From assembly GCA_037129475.1 (NCBI GenBank), contig JBAXUY010000004.1:2111-66110 (forward strand): a stretch of 64,000 nt of DNA, in the 5' to 3' direction. This stretch comes from Planctomycetia bacterium (GTDB lineage: Bacteria > Planctomycetota > Planctomycetia > Pirellulales > UBA1268). The notes beneath the pieces were generated by a model that saw nothing but the letters and a program-made list of their open reading frames with translations, was not told where the DNA came from and did not search any database. Positions within the stretch are counted from its first letter, which is position 1, and each line of letters starts with the position of its first letter. Shown piece by piece: positions 58,588 through 64,000 of this stretch. The translations under genes were made by a program, and so were the position numbers.

Positions 58588-59843
58588 GCCGCACCCTCCT
58601 CGTGATCTGCCAGGTCTACGATCCGGACCCTGCGGCTGTCGGCCAGCAGGTCACCGACGTGGCGCGGGAAATGGCGAGCCGCGGCTGGCGGGTGGTCGTT
58701 TACACCTCCGCTCGGGGCTACGAGGATCCCTCCATCCGCTACCCCAGGCACGAGGAGCGGGACGGCGTGATCATCCGCCGCCTTCCGCTCTCGAGTTTCG
58801 GTAAACAATCTCTCGGCGTTCGATTACTGGCGCACACACTTTTCATGGCCCAGGCGGTGTTTTTCGGCCTCTGCACACGTGGGCTGGCAGCCGTGCTCGT
58901 AAGCACGAGTCCGCCGTTTGCAGGATTCGGAGGAGCCCTCGTCTCGGCGGTCCGCCGTGTGCCGTTCACTTGGTGGGTGATGGATGTGAATCCCGACCAG
59001 ATCACAGTCACAGGCCGGCTCTGCGATCGGTCGATCTTCGTGCGGCTGTTCCAGTGGATGAACCGCTTTACGCTGGCCCGGGCGGCGGCTGTCATCACAC
59101 TCGACCGATTCATGGCGGAGCGGGTCCACGGGCAGGCGGAAGACCCGATTACGGTGGAGGTCGTCCCGCCCTGGGCAAAGACCAACGTAGGCCGGGTACC
59201 TCCGGAGGATGCCATTGGTTTCCGGCGGGCCCATGGCCTGGAGAATGCCTTCGTGGTGATGTACTCCGGCAACCACGCGATCCAGCATCCGCTGACGACT
59301 TTGCTCGACGCGGCGAGGCGACTGGAGCATGATCCACGGTTTATGTTCGTTTTTATAGGAGGGGGCGCGGGCAAGGCCGAGGTGGAAGGGAGGATTGCGG
59401 CAGGCGCCCGGAATCTGCGTTCGTTGCCATTCCAGCCACTCGACACGCTACGATCGAGCCTCGGTGCGGCGGACGTGCACGCTGTGAGCATGGGGGACGA
59501 AGTGGTGGGTATCGTCCATCCCTGCAAGATCTACGGCGCGATGGCAGTAGGCAGACCGATTCTGTTCTTGGGGCCTGAACGATCCCACGGGGGCGAGATC
59601 GTTCGGGGGCACGCCGTCGGCTGGAACATACCCCACGGCGACGTGGATGGTGCCGTGCATGCTCTACTGACGGCTGCGGCTATGCCTGCCGAAGAAATCA
59701 CGATGATGGGCGGGCGGGCCGTTCAGGTGATCGACTCCGACTTCCAGCCCCGTCGCCTCCGTGGCCGTGTCGGCGACATCGTCGAGGGGGCTCTTGCTGC
59801 CATTCCTGCGAACGCCAGTCCCACAAGCCAGAGATCGCACTGA
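58584..59843 (+). CDS. Glycosyltransferase, GT4 (WcaI-like)
   Basis: It has MSRTLLVICQVYDPDPAAVGQQVTDVAREMASRGWRVVVYT and VMYSGNHAIQHPLTTLLDAA. Confidence 0.85.
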   Translation: MSRTLLVICQVYDPDPAAVGQQVTDVAREMASRGWRVVVYTSARGYEDPSIRYPRHEERDGVIIRRLPLSSFGKQSLGVRLLAHTLFMAQAVFFGLCTRGLAAVLVSTSPPFAGFGGALVSAVRRVPFTWWVMDVNPDQITVTGRLCDRSIFVRLFQWMNRFTLARAAAVITLDRFMAERVHGQAEDPITVEVVPPWAKTNVGRVPPEDAIGFRRAHGLENAFVVMYSGNHAIQHPLTTLLDAARRLEHDPRFMFVFIGGGAGKAEVEGRIAAGARNLRSLPFQPLDTLRSSLGAADVHAVSMGDEVVGIVHPCKIYGAMAVGRPILFLGPERSHGGEIVRGHAVGWNIPHGDVDGAVHALLTAAAMPAEEITMMGGRAVQVIDSDFQPRRLRGRVGDIVEGALAAIPANASPTSQRSH

Positions 59844-59854
59844 CCAGGGCACTC

Positions 59855-61045
59855 ATGCACGGCAATGACCGGCAGGCCCCCATCATGACGGCAGTCGATC
59901 CGATGGCACCCACCGTCATTGGCCAACAGGCCGACTTAGCGATCCGGCTCCCGCTTCCATTATTGACTTCCCTGCGTTTCTTCGAAGCGGTCGACGTGAT
60001 CGTATACCATCGGGCACCTTCACAAGCTCCGGGATTTCTAGCCAATCTTGCAGCCAGCGGCTACGACGCCGTCTCGTTCTTCTTCATTCTTTCCGGCTTC
60101 ATCCTCGCGTACGTGTACCACGCACCGACGACGCCCTCGAAGATGAAGTCGAGCACACGCACGTTCTGGACGGCGAGACTCGCCCGAATCATGCCCACGT
60201 ATCTCCTGGGCCTTTTGCCCGGTGCACCCCTATTCGCGTACTCAAGCCTTGTGTCGAGGGTTATCCCGCTGGATCACGGCATAGCAGGGCTCGTTCTCGT
60301 ACCCACGCTGCTCCAAGCCTGGTGGCCGCCAACCGCCCTCGTTTGGAACGGACCAGCGTGGTCACTGTCCGTGGAGGCATTTTTCTATGCTCTGTTCCCC
60401 TGGTTGATGCGGCTCATCAGCGGATGGTCGAACCTCCGCGGAATCGTGTTTGCCATGGCACTGATCATCGCAGCCTCGGTCATCCGCGCCTTCATTCCTT
60501 CCGCTGATGCTACGTCCATGTTTCGAACGAATTTTGTCTTGTACTGGCCACTTTTCCACCTGCCGTCGTTCATTCTGGGCATGACGCTTGGCCGATGGTT
60601 TCTTGAACAGGACTGTCGCCGCAACGGGATATTCAGCTGGTTATTCCCTGCTGGGGCAATTACCACCGTCCTTTTGTTTGGCTGTCGTTCATGGCTCCCG
60701 ACGTGGGGGACATCGCCTCCGATTCAAACTCTTGCATTCTCCATTTTGATAATTGGAGCTGCGGCAGCAAGGCCCACGGGCTTCCTGGCGCGGCCCACGT
60801 TCGTAGCTCTGGGCGAGTCGAGTTATGCGATGTATATCCTCCACGAGCCAGTTGCATTCTGGTGGAATCGTTTCATCGGTGGCATTGGCGAAGAGAGAAC
60901 ATGGACAGCGTTCACAGGCTTCTTGGTCACGGTAATCACTGGCGCCGTGGCGGTGTATTTTTGGTTCGAGAAACCATGTCAACGCCGGTTGCTGCGACAA
61001 ACGCCTCGCTCCGTCACGCCTAGTGCTCCGGTGCTGCACAAGTGA
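59855..61045 (+). CDS. Acyltransferase family 3 (membrane O-acyltransferase)
   Basis: It has about 10 TM segments. Motifs are LRFFEAVDVIVYH, VSFFFILSGFILAYVY and GESSYAMYILHEPV. Confidence 0.85.
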   Translation: MHGNDRQAPIMTAVDPMAPTVIGQQADLAIRLPLPLLTSLRFFEAVDVIVYHRAPSQAPGFLANLAASGYDAVSFFFILSGFILAYVYHAPTTPSKMKSSTRTFWTARLARIMPTYLLGLLPGAPLFAYSSLVSRVIPLDHGIAGLVLVPTLLQAWWPPTALVWNGPAWSLSVEAFFYALFPWLMRLISGWSNLRGIVFAMALIIAASVIRAFIPSADATSMFRTNFVLYWPLFHLPSFILGMTLGRWFLEQDCRRNGIFSWLFPAGAITTVLLFGCRSWLPTWGTSPPIQTLAFSILIIGAAAARPTGFLARPTFVALGESSYAMYILHEPVAFWWNRFIGGIGEERTWTAFTGFLVTVITGAVAVYFWFEKPCQRRLLRQTPRSVTPSAPVLHK

Positions 61046-61087
61046 ACCCGATCGCCTCGTGATTCGCGGCGCTAATCGTTTGTGGTG

Positions 61088-64000
61088 ATGAGCCATCCCA
61101 TTCGACGGCGGTTACCCCAGGGGGCGATTCTGCTTGCGCTCCTACTCATACCCGCGGGGCGCACTTTCGCCCAGAAACCGGTTGCTGTTCGGATCGATGG
61201 TGTCGATCCCAAGGCAAACTCGATCACGATCACGTTCCGTGACGCCGCTCGGACGATGCAGATGGCGTCTACGATGCGGGTCACGGTGGACGATCACGAG
61301 GCCACGGTGGCGGACATTCGGCCCGGAGACGCCGCCACCGTCGTGTACGACAAAACAGTCCATGCCATGGTCAGCGTGGATATCTGGCGAGCGAAACCGG
61401 TAGATGTACGGCACCAATTGCTTGCAGACGGCGGCTTCGAGCAGATCAGCGATGCCGCCAGTCTCCTGGGATGGGAGCGGCAAAGCGGACACGTTATGTC
61501 GAGTATGGATGCGCGCAATGGTTCTCGATCCCTGCTTCTCAGAGTGAGTGCGGGCAATGAGGAAGCACGTATTTTCAGCACGCCGCGAAAACCCCTCAAG
61601 CCGGGTACCACCTACCGGCTTGCCGTATGGGCCAAGGGAGAGGGCAGGTTGGGCCTCAACGTTTATCAGTATGGTGAGATCAATTTTGCGGGTACAGACT
61701 TCCTGCGCGATCAGCCGTCGCTCTCCCTCACGGACGAGTGGCAGGAACTCCGTTGCGACTACAAGCCTACTGACAGGCTGCTGACGTCCGCCTCCCTGGC
61801 GCTGGTGCTCAGCGGCAAGGAGGCGCAAGCCGTGATCGATGATGCCTCCTTCGTATTTTCGGAGTCCGATAATCCGGGCATCATGCTTGAAGACCCTCCG
61901 CCTACCCGAGATCTACGAATCGCCGTCGAGGTACGGCAGGCGAAGGTTGAGATCGCAATTGCGGGTCGGCCGGCGGCGATAACCGACGGTGTGGCTGCCG
62001 CCCGCGTCACCGAAGGTCTCGCCACTGTCGCTGTCCGTGCCGAGGCCACGGGCTATCGACCCGGCGTCAGACTCCGCGTGCTGGACCAACCCGAAACCAA
62101 CGGTCGCTGGCGGGCGACGGATGGGGAATTTCCCGATTGGTATGCGGAGGACTTTGATGATCGGGCATGGCCGCAGGCGCCGATCGATCGCGATGGCTTC
62201 GCCTGGCCGAAAGCCAGCCGGGCCCAAGTCGCCTGTTTTCGCCAGGTATTGCTCTGGAACGAATCCCACCACGGGCCCAACCGCTGCATTCTTCCGCGGA
62301 CGCACGAATGGGCTTTTTCTTGCGACGGATTCGACAATCTGCTGCTCGCACTCTATTCGCCGCTACCGTTCCCTATGGCCGACTATGAGTTCATCCTCGA
62401 CGTTCCCGAGGCATTCGAGCTTTTTGGTAGCGACGAGCCCTACTGGCAGCGATACATCACGAATGAGCGACCGTTGCGTGTAACCCAGGCGCTGACTCAC
62501 CGAAACGGACAGCCCTACACCCGGTATCGCATCGCCTTCGCCCCTGGCCAAGTTCCCGCAGATGCGACCCACTACTGCTGGCTCCCGTTGCGGCTTCGTG
62601 GAGGCACACCGGGAAAGTCAGCACCGTTTTTCTTCCATCGGCGTGGCAATGGAAACTTCACGGAATGTGAGCATCGGCTGCCTGTCACCATCCTGCCACC
62701 TATCAACGGGAGACAACCGCAAAATATCCTCGTCTCGCAGTATTGTCCGAATCCTTTTCACACGCTCGCGCCTCAGCACATGCGTGCGACGATTTCACAG
62801 TCTGCAGCGATCGGATTCAATCTTGCCGCCATGACGATCACGGAGCCGGGATGGGGTGCGCAATGGAATGCCTACCTCAAATCTTTTCACTACGAACTCG
62901 AGGCAAATGGGATTGGTACGATCATCAGCAACCCCGGTCAGTTTCCGCTTCACGGATCGCATGTAGCGGGCCATCAGTCCGACCAGTTTCTCCGCTGGGT
63001 TGGCACCACGCCCCGTGCGCAGGCTACCTACTTCGACGGCCGCCGCTGGAATCCCGACGAGAACGACATGTACTGCCCGACGTACATGACCGGAGAAGGT
63101 GCCGTAAAATTTCGGGAGATCGTGAGGCGGACCTATGCCGAGATCCTCACCCGCACGCCGAAAGCCAAAGTCCTGTTCCTCGACTACGAAGCTCCACCAT
63201 GGGTGGAGGGTTCTCGAAAGAGCCTCGGTTCCAGCTTCTGCTTCTGTGAGGCATGCAAGCAGTGTTTTCGCGAACATGCCAAACTGCCCCCTGATGTTGA
63301 AATGTCCAACGAGGCAATCCATGCAAAGCATTACCACGCGTGGGCCGACTTCCACGACTGGCAGGTAACCGAGATCCAGCGCCAGATGAAGGCAGTTGCC
63401 AACGCCCTTGGGCTTGAGTACATGGTCTACTCTTACGCCGGCTACATGTCGTTCTGGTCGAACATTCGCGGCAAGATTGATATCGCCTTCCCTGGCTCTC
63501 CGGGTTCCAACGTCGCGTCGGGCCATCTACAGAAGAGCCTCGATGAGGAGGGGAAATTTCTCCGAGTCGAGCAGGCGGTTCCGAAAGTTATCGGACAACG
63601 GTTCTCGTTTCTGGGCATCGGCGAGGCGAAGGGCGGTTGGCGGGATGTCAACGCCTTGTCCGACGACGGATTCGTGCACCCAAAGTCGTGGAAGAGCCAG
63701 ATCCTCCGCATCGTAGCCGCCTTCGGCGGCGGGGTGGACCTGCAAAGCGCTGGCGAGTGTGTGGCTGGCATGCCGTATTGGATCGGTGAGGCGACACGCA
63801 TCATCGCAACACACGAAGATCTGTTTATCGAAGGCGAAAGGGCTGACCACCTGGCTTCTTCAGAACAAATCGCCTATCCAGATCTACTCGTGCTTCGCAA
63901 CGGCCGCAGACGACTGGTGCTGCTTTTCAACGAGACTGATGCCGACCGCGCGGTCACACTCGCAAATCTGGAATTCCTACCTGGGCAGACGGCGCGGGTA
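61088..64000 (+). CDS. Large secreted protein, 3' end cut by the window edge (971 codons visible); CBM-like N-terminal module, unknown C-terminal domains
   Basis: Absent from the ORF track because it has no stop in the window. Hand translation from the ATG at 61088 gives MSHPIRRRLPQGAILLALLLIPAGRTFAQKP... and is open to nt 64000. The segment LADGGFEQISDAASLLGWERQSGH...YRLAVWAKGEGRLGLNVYQY resembles carbohydrate-binding (CBM4_9-type) jelly rolls. A Cys cluster, SFCFCEACKQCF, occurs later. Confidence 0.7.
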   Translation, partial: MSHPIRRRLPQGAILLALLLIPAGRTFAQKPVAVRIDGVDPKANSITITFRDAARTMQMASTMRVTVDDHEATVADIRPGDAATVVYDKTVHAMVSVDIWRAKPVDVRHQLLADGGFEQISDAASLLGWERQSGHVMSSMDARNGSRSLLLRVSAGNEEARIFSTPRKPLKPGTTYRLAVWAKGEGRLGLNVYQYGEINFAGTDFLRDQPSLSLTDEWQELRCDYKPTDRLLTSASLALVLSGKEAQAVIDDASFVFSESDNPGIMLEDPPPTRDLRIAVEVRQAKVEIAIAGRPAAITDGVAAARVTEGLATVAVRAEATGYRPGVRLRVLDQPETNGRWRATDGEFPDWYAEDFDDRAWPQAPIDRDGFAWPKASRAQVACFRQVLLWNESHHGPNRCILPRTHEWAFSCDGFDNLLLALYSPLPFPMADYEFILDVPEAFELFGSDEPYWQRYITNERPLRVTQALTHRNGQPYTRYRIAFAPGQVPADATHYCWLPLRLRGGTPGKSAPFFFHRRGNGNFTECEHRLPVTILPPINGRQPQNILVSQYCPNPFHTLAPQHMRATISQSAAIGFNLAAMTITEPGWGAQWNAYLKSFHYELEANGIGTIISNPGQFPLHGSHVAGHQSDQFLRWVGTTPRAQATYFDGRRWNPDENDMYCPTYMTGEGAVKFREIVRRTYAEILTRTPKAKVLFLDYEAPPWVEGSRKSLGSSFCFCEACKQCFREHAKLPPDVEMSNEAIHAKHYHAWADFHDWQVTEIQRQMKAVANALGLEYMVYSYAGYMSFWSNIRGKIDIAFPGSPGSNVASGHLQKSLDEEGKFLRVEQAVPKVIGQRFSFLGIGEAKGGWRDVNALSDDGFVHPKSWKSQILRIVAAFGGGVDLQSAGECVAGMPYWIGEATRIIATHEDLFIEGERADHLASSEQIAYPDLLVLRNGRRRLVLLFNETDADRAVTLANLEFLPGQTARV

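Noticed and set aside
1-64000. Scan for tRNA, rRNA, tmRNA, integrase, transposase, phage or cas genes that could define a mobile island.
   Set aside because: None was recognised by eye on either strand. The islet at 25.9-30.1 kb therefore cannot be called an integrative element on present evidence.

Overview
High-GC bacterial chromosomal segment whose gene content looks Planctomycetota-like (PilM-PilN fusion, PEP-CTERM protein, Gln-rich and TPR secreted proteins, few Shine-Dalgarno sites); this taxonomy is an inference. No rRNA, tRNA, CRISPR-cas, transposase or integrase was recognised. Layout: (1) 1-5.7 kb, minus strand: an mraZ-like gene followed by a PilM-PilN fusion and two Gly/Pro/Met-rich membrane proteins. 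(2) 5.7-16.3 kb: housekeeping or accessory genes (small lipoprotein, TPR+CHAT-like protein, TauE/SafE exporter, MntA/HepT toxin-antitoxin pair, ABC-2 transporter, TPR protein). (3) 16.3-25.8 kb: start of a large glycan locus (Wza-like OPX exporter, divergent NusG-paralog, PglF/CapD-like dehydratase, DegT aminotransferase, WecA-like and PglC-like initiating transferases, ACP + AMP-ligase + SDR). (4) 25.9-30.1 kb: an islet of toxin-antitoxin and Fic genes (frameshifted RelE, NTase-fold gene, MNT/HEPN pair, Fic) carrying recombination scars. (5) 30.1-61 kb: a PEP-CTERM trypsin-like protein, then a roughly 29-kb, largely translationally coupled plus-strand glycan assembly block (PglD-like acyltransferase, 9 or more glycosyltransferases, sugar dehydrogenase, Wzy/ligase-like protein, Wzm/Wzt, 4 methyltransferases, carbamoyltransferase, GMC oxidoreductase, aldo-keto reductase, acyltransferase-3). 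(6) 61.1 kb to the end: a large secreted protein running off the window. The most unusual sequence-level signal is a dense family of REP/BIME-like palindromes with GTAG heads. I counted about 27 copies of GTAGCGACAGGCCTCCAGGCCTGTCG and about 10 of GTAGGGACAGAGCTCCAGCTCTGTCC by hand. They fill almost every intergenic gap between 5.8 and 30.1 kb, form fixed-period tandem arrays, supply the TAG stop codon of at least seven genes, and are absent from the 30-64 kb glycan block. All coordinates and motif calls come from reading the sequence by hand; no database searches were run.
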